Assembly (NCBI GenBank): GCA_973851085.1
Contig: OZ316776.1
Coordinates: 558,001-622,000 of the forward strand
DNA from: Ptychomitrium polyphyllum
Lineage: Eukaryota
Direction: 5' to 3'
Length of the DNA stretch: 64,000 nt
Of the stretch, positions 1-11,563 are shown in pieces (within the stretch, counting starts at the first letter, position 1; each line of letters starts with the position of its first letter). The notes beneath the pieces are model-generated. The model saw only the letters and a program-made list of their open reading frames with translations, was not told where the DNA came from and ran no database searches. A program made the position numbers and the translations under genes.

Positions 1-2747
1 ATCATTCAAATGGACATTAATTCTTAGTCATTTAGATGGATACATATATGCTTAGACAATTGGAGTTGCTTGCAAATAGAAATCTATTCTTTGAAATTGA
101 GGTTCAATTTTGTAAGCATATAGATTTTTTTGTTTAATTTTTTAAAAACAATAGTTTGTTTTTCTAATGTATTACTCTTCACAAAAAACTTTTGTTTTAC
201 ATTAGTGAACCACCAATATATAGTTGTCCAAAATTCTATAAGTTATCCATAATTAACTAATCACTTGATACTTTGAACCAACTTATGTTTTGTCAAATCA
301 ATGTCAAATTGATGTCTTATTTTAGTAGCCATCTTTTCCAGTTGGTGGGCATCAAATTTCTGAATCTAGTTCCTCGTCCAGTTTGAAGTTTTGAGAAATT
401 TCTAAATGTAAGTGGTTTAGTGTATTGTAAATTCAAAGAGGTATTATTACAATTGCAGAGTCATGATCGTGCACAATTTTGATTTATTCAACTGTTTATA
501 AAAGAAATAGAACTTCAGATCAAACATGTATTTCAAGCACAGTATGTAGATGAAATTTTTTTATTGAAATTTAAAACTTTTAGTGAAAGTTTGAGTTCTT
601 ACACAAATGCAACAGTTTATTACATTTTATGGAACGACCTACATTCAAAAGGCCAACGGTAGACTCATTTCATAACCTGGTCAAAAGAACACAGAGTGCA
701 TACCATATAGTCACCTATACCATGACCAGGGCAGCTCTGCATTATTATTTTGCAACCGAAATTTCGACCACAGTGGTAAAACAGCAAAACCTATGACAAC
801 TTGACAACCATAGTGCAAATTCTCCTCCGCTGATGCTCCTCAGCCTTCTCACCACACTAAGAACTATTCAATCTTGCACCGCGCATCATGGTCTGGCTCC
901 AAAATTGAAGGACACGTAGCTGCCTACACACCTCATTTCCTTCTAGTGTGTTCGTCACATCATCACGTCATCAGAAGCACATGGTAAGCTTCTGTTATGA
1001 GTCAAATATGATAAGCTTCAACCTTCAGTGGGACCTTGCAGTGGAAAGATTCAACTGTATTAGAGTTGTTCGTGAACGCATCACTCTGTTTCGCCCAAGG
1101 TCCTAATGTTTGACTTCCAATTTTTAATCTGTTGTGCGAATATTTTTAACTTTGGATCCTCTGTGGGTTGGTGAATGGTGGGTGAAGCCATATCATATTG
1201 TAATATATGCTCCACGCATAAGCACGAGTAAGGTACAGGAGGTCAGATTACAAGTGAATTTTTAATTGAGAAAAAGATTGGGTTCCAAATAACACTATTG
1301 TATGCATCTATGAAGCAATGTAAGATGACCTCATATCCATCATTTTTGCATGATAGGCTCATACATCAAAGGTGAAATAAAGAAAATATTAGATTCCTAT
1401 AGTTTATGGTGTTATATAGTGATTACTACATATTTGAATTTGAATGATTGAAAGGTTGTTGAAAGAAAATTGTATTAATGTATTCTTCGACATAAATTAA
1501 AACAACATTGATTTTTGAAATTATTAATTTTAAACTTCAACAATTCTTGATTCAAAAAATATTAATTTAAAAAAAAGAGGATGTTACTATAGTTTTCAAA
1601 ATGACATCATTAACACTTATTCTTGTTTGATTTTATGATCAATTAAAGTTGTACATTACATATTGTAACCAATATAAGCTTAAAACATTAAACATGTTAT
1701 ATCTTGCATGCCAACCAATCTCAAACATCTATTAATCACATGTATTACAAAAGAAATATAATACAAATAGAAAGAATTATCATATACAAAAGACTCACTT
1801 ATTTCACATTACATTGTGAAAGATTCACTTATCAGTGTCCAAGCAAGAAGCAGTGCCCGTCCCAAATTACTACACCCAGAAACCTCACAAGTGTCCTTCA
1901 AGTGATCAAGGGCTCAAAGAGGAAGGGCTTACACTGTATGCCAATCACACAAGTCCTTTGTTCTTACAAGAGGCGAGTTTCTGTTGTCCTGTTCTCACAG
2001 AACACACAGACACAATTCTAGTAAAAGCGCCCCTAACGACCTACACTACGACCACTCTGTAGTGTAGGTGTATCGCACAGGAGAAGGCGAGCGCAGCGAG
2101 CGGCGGCCTTCGCCGGAAGCAGCAGCCGCAGTCGCCTAGGCGCCCAGGCGCCTCCAGACTGTGGGACTTGCGAGGACGAATAAAATAATGAGCGCAATCA
2201 GGCGCCTGGGAGCATCGGAACATTGGAAGGAAGGTGCCAGAAAGCTCGCTCCGACTTTCTCGCTTGCGCCTGCCGCGTGCTCTCGCAAGCCCCTCCGCAT
2301 CACCATCTCTACCATCCCCGTCCCCACCCCCATCCCCACAACGCATGCACACCCACCGCCACTCCTCACTTCTCTGCCACCAGCCAGCTCCTACAATCAT
2401 AGCCCCACTCTGTTTACTCTGTGTCGCGCGTGCTGTCTAAGTGTTGGTGGTCAATTCAGTAGCACTGAACCTATCCGACTCTTGCTTCATGCTCGTCTTC
2501 AGGCTTGAGTTTTTTCTTCATGCTCTGTCAGTCCTCTTAGTCTGTTTTCTTCCAGACCTAACTTCTCGGTTGTACTCTGTTTCCAGCTTCTTTGGTGTCC
2601 CTCACGTGGCCAGTTTCGTAAAAACAGGAGTTTTTCTGGGGGTCGGTTTGGGAGGGATGTGAGGTGACAGTCTTGGTTAGTCTCAGGGAGGAGTTTCGCG
2701 TTGTTGTTAGGTGTGGGTTGTTCTGGTTTTAGTGGAGTTTAGTGAGA

Positions 2748-2996
2748 ATGGGAATTGATCGTCGGCCCGTCGACCAGTTCCATACCACGAACGTGGCCAA
2801 CTACTCCACGGGTAGGAGCAAGAGTAAGGCGATGGCGAGGTCGACTTCGTGGTTCACGGATCCTGAGACGAAGCGGAGGAAGCGCGTGGCCAAGTATAAG
2901 TTTGTGGCTATGGAGGGGAAGGCGAAGCAGACTGTCCGGAACAGCTTCCGGTGGCTTAAGGCGAAGTACTTCGCTGTCCGATACGGAGTGTGGTGA
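2748..2996 (+). CDS. DUF3511-family small basic protein (82 aa, single exon)
   Basis: The ATG at 2748 opens MGIDRR...WFTDPETKRRKRVAKYKFVAMEGKAKQTVRNSFRWLKAKY, which matches the plant DUF3511 signature W..DPE.KRK.RVA.YK.Y..EGK.K.S.R..FRW.K (recognised from memory). Confidence 0.88.
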   Translation: MGIDRRPVDQFHTTNVANYSTGRSKSKAMARSTSWFTDPETKRRKRVAKYKFVAMEGKAKQTVRNSFRWLKAKYFAVRYGVW

Positions 2997-4264
2997 TGTC
3001 TTTAATTGCTCTTATGAGCTCCGATTTCGGGGCTGCTACGTAGCAGAATAGAAAACTGGGTGGCGTTGGACGCATTCTGAGGTGAATTCTGCTATGACTT
3101 GATCATGAGAATTTGTGAATAGTGAGTAAGACCGGACATGGCCTGTCTGAGCATAATAAATAGTATTGGTTGGAAACTAGTGTAGGTGTAATGCTCATCA
3201 AGGAGATATCAGACCGGTCCAAGGAAGAGGAATTAATAAGTTGGTCCCGTAGTTCGATCCCTCAGCGCCGTCAGCTGGCCTGGTCTCTGTGCGTGAGACT
3301 GCGCCAGATGCTGTTACTGAATTTGGTGGAGCGGTATGGATTAATTGGTGACTGAATCATCAACAATCTGTTTTATATTCAGAACCATACAAACAAGGAC
3401 GGCCGTTGGTACCGAGGTTTTGTCTCGTGGTTAAGCCGCAGCCTGAGTACACTTGTGAATTAGGTTGATGTTGATATACAATATGCGATGATAAACACTT
3501 CAACAGAGCGATTCATTGAGTTCATTTTGAAAGTCCCTGTAAATCATGGTCACGCTTGCCTGAGTGGTGGTCGCAAATAATTGATGATTACTTGCTACGG
3601 TGATGGAGCGGCTCAAGAAATCGTTTCTTTTCTGGTGAGAAGTCAGGATTATGGTTGATCATACTATGATTGAATTCTCTCAGTTTGAGTTGACGAAGTG
3701 GAGAGGGTGGTTTCAGCATTAGAATTTTTATTTTCTAAAACCTTGTCGAGTTTTGGTCTCATACCATCTGGTCGAGGACCCAGCTGAGCTAGTAACCTTG
3801 CCATGCGCTAATGTGCTCTAAATGTAATCTGATAAATGTTCACAGTTTGACACCTGTCTTTCATTGTGATGCATGTACGCCCATTTTGAAATGAAAACGA
3901 TATTGATTGAGAGTGACGTTGTCCCGATTCATCGGAAAATACTTAACCTTTAACAATAATTGCTTTGGTAGCCTGGCTCCATGTATCCCGTGTCAGGATT
4001 TAGTACGGCAGTTGTTTTGGATTGGAACGAAGGATACCTAGAGTACTAAAGTAATGTACACTGTAAATATTAAAAAGACAAAGAGAACTAAAGGCAAAAA
4101 CTTGCATGCCCAAGTAGACGCACATAATACATACATCCTCTCCCGAAAAGGATAATTACTAAAGATTGAAGGAATTTGTGTGTCACCAAAGTTGAGTCAT
4201 ATCTTCATACACTCACTGCCACATGTCATTCATTAATGATTTCCCACTTTCTAAGGTGAGAATG

Positions 4265-4354
4265 AGTTGCTTCAGCTACCCAAGAATGTTGTGTACATGA
4301 TTATGTCATATGACATAATCATGTACACAACATTCTTGGGTAGCTGAAGCAACT
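4265..4354. repeat. Perfect 90-bp palindrome (45-bp arms, no spacer)
   Basis: agttgcttcagctacccaagaatgttgtgtacatgattatgtcat is followed immediately by its exact reverse complement; the centre is at 4309/4310. Confidence 0.97.
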
Positions 4355-4579
4355 ATTTCCAATTCCTTTCAGACGTATACCTCAAAGAAAATTCAATCAA
4401 TAAACAGACTTCATCTAAGCAAACAATCAATGGTGTACATACAGGAGTCTGAAAGAGTGCAAGAATAATTCTGTATCTAACAATCCAGCAGTGTTCAATA
4501 TTGCTACACCTACATTACCAGCAAAAGCTCTGAAGGCTTGCTTTGAAAGAATCGGACCCCTTGTATAACCTACTACTGC

Positions 4580-7500
4580 CTATTCAGTTGCTTTGAATAT
4601 ATCCACTGCCACTTCTTTTCCTCCAAGTTGTTCTTCAGCGGCCCGTTTCATAACAAGCGCAGCTCTGACAACATTACCTCTTGTCAAAAGTCCTACCTGA
4701 ATTAACATCAACACAAAAATTAAGTACATCCTGGACATGCTGTCAACTGGGCCAAACTAAACTCCTGGTGCCTTCTTAAACAGATACACAAATCCTGTAT
4801 GTAGTTTGGTAAGTCTAGTGTTGAATCTAGATTAACACAGATAAATTCAAAAATAAGAAACTTGTTTACTCACTAGTTTTCCATCCTGATCAACAACAGG
4901 CAAACGCCTGAACTTGGTATCAAGCAAAACCCTGTCACGTAAAGTGCAACCACATCTTTAGCATCCCGGGACTCTTACAGGTTTTCATGTAAATTACACC
5001 TCACAACATAAAAGGGTTCTCGTACTGATGTCAGCTGCAATTAAAATGTTTACTATAACCTACTCCAGAAACATCTTATTTCAGTAAAGTACAAAACCAA
5101 GCCCAAGTCAATAAAGCATGCAAGTAACTACACCAGAAAACTGTTACGTGCATGACAAAACCTCCATGTAGATTTCCAATGTCTAGAAAAGACTGATATT
5201 CTTATGCTGCAGACTAAAATATAGCTTTCTGAGGAAGCAAAAGAAACCCTAACCACACATCACCATATGAACTTACTTTGCTGCATCTTCAAGATTGGTC
5301 TGCTCACGAACAACAAGTGGTGATGGGGTCATCACATCTCCAACCGTTTTTCCGTTCGTTTTAACTAACAACTTCTGGATCTCCTTAAAAGCCTGGAAAA
5401 GAAAAATCCTTGGGTAAGCATAACACATCCATCTAACGACTTCGTTGAAATTTTATGAGAAGGAAAACTAATCTGAAATAAGTCCATAGTTGAGAAGAAA
5501 CTGGATCACGTCATGAACAATCAGCAAGGCATTTCTACTTCTGAAATATCAAAGAAATACAACGGCTTTGCTAGGCTCACCTTCCATGTCCTGCCTGCTT
5601 CTGGAAATAAACTAGTTTCGGGTTGCCTTTGCCCTGCGAACCACAAAAAGGAAAGTTCGCAATCAGTAAGTGCCTCCCATGCAAGCAAACATACCTTCAA
5701 TATTGTACCAGTCGCACGACAGCTAGAGAGCTCGCTTGCAACATACAGAAATGATTAAAATGACTCAGACCATCCAATCATTCAACAAAACTCAATTATA
5801 CTATTACATGCTCACGTGTGCCATGCTACAACCATAAACCCAGGAATTGAAGTAAAAGAAGATCATGTTCTCAAGGCAAACCTGATATTGAGTCAAGCGC
5901 TAACAGATCATAATCGGAAACAACCCCAACCTACAAGCAAGACACAAGAAACAATTCTTATCGAGAGAAACACAGAATAACACCAGCTTTTAGGCAATTT
6001 ACTATCTGGACCTTGAAATAAGCATCTTAAAGTTCTGCGAATAAGAGCAAGAACAAGCTAACATTTGGCAAGGGCTGGTAGTCCAGCGCTTTGTTAAAGA
6101 GACGTAACGAAAGAACCAGTAAGAGCTTTCGGTTACGTCTTGAGCCCCCAAAACCAAAAGTATATAATAGAAAATCTCAAGCATGCATTACAATTAGAAG
6201 CTGCCACAATCAGTCTTAAATGGTATCGAGATGTACTGGAAGAAGTATAAAAGAAAAGTGTTAATTTGCCAACGTACCAATGCCCCAGAATCATCGACTA
6301 CGGGCATGCCAGTGATGCGCTTCTCCACAAGCACCTCCAATGCTGCTCAAATCACATCCTCGAAACTTTAGAACAAAATGTTATATTAGAAACTAGATGT
6401 AGTTTACTCAGTCTGCAATTGTTGCAAATACGCAAATCATAGGGCCGTCCTTAACAACAAAACGTGCTGACATCTATTAACAAACTGTTCAATCGAGATT
6501 ATCAAATCTTGCTAAAAACTCGAACAACGAGAGCGTTCTAACATAACGAGTAGGACACACCTTCGTCAATAGTAGTGCTCTCTTTTGCACAATACAATTC
6601 CGAAGCAGAAGTCATATAATCACCCACTGTGTATGAATCGTGCTTTTGCTGCACAGGGTATCCGTTTCTTAGTAAGAAGAAGCACAATGATTGCTTACAA
6701 TCATCGTGTTCCGTTCTCCTCATTACAAATATCCGAATATTAAAATGACAATTCAAGAATGAAAACCCGCCTGGTAGTGACATAAACTATCCTCCTAATT
6801 TAAGACAAAGAACTCTATCGACATGCAGAACCCTAAATCAGCCTCATCCAGGAATGTCAATCTTCCCTCTAGTACAGGGCTGTAACCTTCCAATAGGGCT
6901 GCTGCAACTACAGTATTATTTAAATACAGGTATCATTAAGAAAAATATCCCTAGTGACAAAAATCAATCGCAATCACCACGAATACCACAAGAAGTCGAA
7001 AGCAACATCTCTCGTAAAGTACCAATCACAGACTGATGACGAGCATCTCCATTATGACTAAAAACCAACTGCGTTCGGACTACAAAAAATTATAGCTAAG
7101 GTATTCAAAGCAGAACATGAGAAACCTTGGCAAAATCCCTCCCCATAATTTCTCATAGCTAGTGCACTTTTGCAGAGAACCTCATGATCACTCCCTACCC
7201 TCACAATGTCCCCACCTCTACGGCGAAATCTTCAGCCCTGCTTTATTAGAAACAAATGTATCCCCGAATGAAATCGTGCAATAATCCACCAAAAATCAGA
7301 AAACAAAATACCAAAGGGCTAGGGCGCTAAATTGGTCGCAATTCGCAACTTGAAGCAACTACATAGAAAAAGTATCAAAAGTACAGTGAACAGAAAACGG
7401 TACACATCAGGTAAGCAATTCGTCACAGAAGGAGAAAACACCATACCGGAGAGGGATTCTCCGCCAGTGCATTCCTCATGACAGAAAAACCACTCCCCCG

Positions 7501-7683
7501 AGACCGAGACTGCGCCCCCACCAGAACAGCCGACATGCCCACCACAGCCGACACATTCCTCCGGCTCGCCACCTGCACCTGCTGCAGCAGCGCGGTGGAC
7601 GAGGAGCAGCAAGGACCCACGTCCTTCCGCCCCACGCCACTCACCCCCACTGCCGTCCTCGACGCCACCACCATGGCCGCCAT
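4580..7683 (-). CDS. CBSX: Plastid-targeted CBS-domain-pair protein, CBSX1/CBSX2-like (~260 aa, 8 exons)
   Basis: Exons 7683-7447, 6648-6561, 6342-6278, 5930-5882, 5633-5581, 5392-5277, 4931-4874, 4696-4580 have GT-AG boundaries and consistent phases. They encode a Ser/Ala/Val-rich transit-like N-terminus, then YTVGDYMT...ALEVLVEKRITGMPVVD...VGVVSDYDLLALDSISG...GKTVGDVMTPSPLVVREQTNLEDAA...RRLPVVD.DGKLVGLLTRGNVVRAAL. Confidence 0.93.
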
Positions 7684-7927
7684 GGCTAATCCTCTCTGCG
7701 AGCTCCCACCAGGACTAGTTCCCCCACCAGAAAATTACGCCACAAAAGCCACAACTTGGGAGCAAACAGCAACACACACTGCACAACAATGCTCCTGCCG
7801 CCGCAAAGTCCACACCTTGGCTGCCGCAGCACCTCACTCTAGCTTGCAGTGATGGTGGCGAGCGTGCGAGGCGCGAGCTTTGGTGAGGATTAGCGACTGC
7901 TCACGTCCAACGCTCCAGCTTCACTGT

Positions 7928-7987
7928 GGCGATGGCGATGGCGATGGTGATGGCGATGGAGATGGCGATGGCGATGGCGATGGCGAT
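7928..7987. repeat. (GGCGAT)10 hexamer microsatellite with two variant units, ~250 bp upstream of the CBSX start
   Basis: Read directly: ggcgat ggcgat ggcgat ggtgat ggcgat ggagat ggcgat x4. Confidence 0.9.
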
Positions 7988-10900
7988 AGGGTTCTCTACC
8001 CCGACTCCCGGGTATGTCCGGGTATAGGGAGCAATGGCGGATAGGGCGCTGCATCCGGGTTGGTGACGGGGTCGCATCTCAGCCTCGTGTTTGTTTGCGG
8101 AGCTTTTGCTTTTGACGAGGTTGCTGGGCATTGTAGAGGGTGCTTACTTGGCAGGGATGCTACGAGATGCTCCTGCAGTATTTTGCTCTTCTCGGTCATA
8201 CGGTCGACGGTGGACTACGGTCTACCCTCCCATCGGAACTGGAGAGCTTTTCACACTTGTACGCTGAAAATTTTATTTGACTTGCTATGGACGTTATACA
8301 CAGGACGTTTTTCTTCCCACTCGTCTGTATGAATATGCATGTTCCGCACCATACTATCTCTATCTCCATAAGGCCAAATGAAAACGATGCATCATTCTAA
8401 GGTTCCATTAAACATCTTATGAATCTATGTAGCTTGAGATAATTGCTTTTGTACATATAAGAGTCAAAATATACTCTTTTATATGAGAAAAATAGAAATA
8501 AATTGCTTGTTATAGTGGATGTTTACAAAGACTAAGAAGTTGTGATTGTATATACCTTAATTTGTAAAATATTATTGTAAAAAGTTGTTTAGATTATTGT
8601 AGGTACTATTAGATTTATTGTTAAAAACATTCTTGCTCTAAAACAATACAAAGTATCAATATCATATTGAAATCTTAAATGTATTTCCTTAGTTTGTTAA
8701 TTTGTACAAACCAAATCTAAAGGTTTACTTTACCTTTAAATGTAGGATGTTTGTTTTGATTGCAATATTTTAACAAATTTTGAAGTTTAATATTTTTAGT
8801 TTTTTAAAACGTATGCATAAATTATGTATTCATTCTTGAAGATTCTTTATTTGGTGTTCTTGCTATATCTTCTACATTCTTATTGCATGATTGTATATAT
8901 AAGTGCATTGAATAGATCTTTTGAATTTCATTTAAATTTATGCATAGTCACAAGGTGTATGTTTTGGAGCTCTCTCTTCAAATACAACTTACTAGTAGTT
9001 TTGGGCTTAATGTAATATACAAACGAATGAAATATATGCTTTAGATGAATGTCATAAACTCTACATCAAGCTTACTTTTTTCTATAAGTTTTACAAATAT
9101 GTGGAATTCAATTTACTTAATTTTCATACAATTCAGATACAGTCATAATATCATCATATACATAGCAAAGCTCCTTCAGAAAAAGATTCTTATGAAAGCT
9201 CTGGGTAAAGAACAACCCCTAGTGCCTAAATTGAAGATGTAAGGAGTAAACGTCGATGAGCCAATGACTAATCACTCCAGTCACAAGTGCATGACATTCT
9301 CATACCCCATATATGCAGTGCCAAAATCCACCCACTATCCAAACTACCTCCATATCCACTCCAAATCAGATATATTCAGCATCTCAACACAACCCCAAAA
9401 TTGCCTCAGAACCACCAAACAACCCCCAGATCACCCCAGCCAGTACACACAATCCCAACACGCAACTCCCAACACTCACCAGCACTCACGAAGTTGAAGT
9501 TACCATGTGCCTGTCACCTCTCCTCAGCCGTGAACCAGAGGAACGATCTTGAGGGATAAAGCACTCTTGATTATTTTCACAAATCAGCAAAGCCCAAATG
9601 CATGGTTGTTTGTGGGAATCTACGAGACTTTCTTCAAGGTTAAGCAACAATGGGTGGGCGACAGGTGGCATTGCTTGGTTGGGTCATACTCTTTCACCTG
9701 AATGTGCATACTGTAATCAGTGCATTACACTCCGTCAATCTCACTCCGTGCAGTTATGGCGAGTAAGCCCCATCGTCTTGTATGGGCCGCAGAACCTGGA
9801 GTTGAAGAAGATTACCCAACCGCCTCCCACACAAAGCCCGCACCTTCCTTCTGCCCTGTGTTCCCCTCCCAGTTCTCACCCCACGAAAAAGCTAAAGCCA
9901 CCACAAAGGCGCTTACACCGAAACCCGTCAGCCCCCACACCCAATATCATCTACGAGTGGGTTATATGCGGGCCAAGGAAATCTGCGAAAAATTAATCGT
10001 CGCCGTATCCAAAAACCGGCATTGTCTACATGATGTGTAGTTTTCACCATACAAAGTATAGAAGTGGAAAATGCGTCGTCAACGTCAATAGCATGTTCAG
10101 TGACTCTGGTGTGGACCGGTGGTAGATAATGGCGGGTTTCGGGTCCAGTGGTGGTTTTAGGAACTATCCTCCCAGACACAAACGGTGTCGGTTTTGGGGA
10201 CTGTGGTGGCCTCTGACTTTCACTTTCACATGGCCATGCCATGGCAACCCGGCTATGGCGGCGCGGCTATGGCGAGCCCCGAGCTCCACCTTCGCATCCA
10301 TGCGACCATCACCACCTCGCCTCCGACCGTTCTGCGCGATTTCCTGGTGTTGCAGCCAATCTGCCCACAACGCGTATCATGATAAGAATCCTAGTCCGAC
10401 GATCCGCTGTCATTCCTGGTGGTAGAACGATTGTCGGTTTTCTGGGGATTTTCCTTACCATTGTTCCATGGTTTCCTCTGTTCTGTTGGTTTCACAACGC
10501 TCTCTGAATGCGCTTCACTACAGTAGCATGGGACGCTCATGAGCCTCGTGGTTGAAAGTTTCCCTTAGGAATGTAGGATGTGACAAACCCATGGCGAGAT
10601 TCACTCGACTAGCGCTTCAACGATGCCTTGAAATTGTGAGGCTGCGAGGAATAGTCTTGAGCTGGAAACCGACACACGAGAGAAGAGATGTCGGAGATCG
10701 ATCTATGGTGAAGAAGCGGAGTCAGAGGTGACGGGACGAGTGTGATGGTGCTGGAACCATGTGTGTGTGTGAGAGACCGAGAGGTGATGCGTTGCTGCGG
10801 CCCTCTTACAGATTGCAGAGGATGATGATGGGGATGTCAAATCGGAGCAGGGAGCATTGGGGGTACTACTGCTGGTGCTGTCATAAATATTGCTGCGTAG

Positions 10901-11563
10901 CGGCTGCTGCTGGCTAGTAGGGCGGGCAGGGGCGCGCTGGAGTTTTGGAAGATGGGTGACGATGGCGTTGCCACCAAATTTGCAGGTGATTGTTGTTTCC
11001 TTCTCTGTTGTTTGTGTTTTGGATTAGGACTAATTCTGGGTTTCTTGGTTAGGAATGGTAATAGTGGTGGTCATGGCTGGGGTGGTGATGAGATTTGAGA
11101 AGAAGAGTGTGCACAAGGGTTAAGAGGGAATAGAAACTAGTGTGATAGTGTCTTTTGAGGGTTTATGAGCGTCGAACAAGGTTTTTGGGAATACACAGCC
11201 GGGTGGATGATCTGTTGTGTATTGAATGGGATACTGGCTGTTGTGGAAATGGTGGTAGTTCTGGAGGAAGATTTTTCCTTTTGAGGCGAGACGCAACTTT
11301 AGTGAGAGATTGGCTGTGGGTCTTTCTTGTTTGTTCTTCTACTTCAAAACCTAAAGCCCTATAATTTGCTGCGATTTGTAACAGCGATCGTGCGGAAATC
11401 TCGTCTGCCTTGCAGACCCGATTTGTAGAATATTCTCCGGCGGATGAAGATCGCGTTAGGAATCGGGAAGAACGGAATTTGGGTTGAGGTAGAGCACAGC
11501 AGGTGACCAATTACCGTCACCAGTTCAAGTCAGTAGGTGAGAGTTTTGAACGGCAATGACAGC

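Noticed and set aside
2143..2210. 11-bp inverted repeat cccaggcgcct/aggcgcctggg, and a nearby ABRE-like CACGTGGC at 2603-2610
   Set aside because: Too short to distinguish from chance in GC-rich promoter/leader DNA without conservation data.
9264..10507. Cluster of 60-130 aa ORFs on both strands between CBSX and XLG
   Set aside because: No domain or coherent exon chain; consistent with GC-richer promoter DNA.
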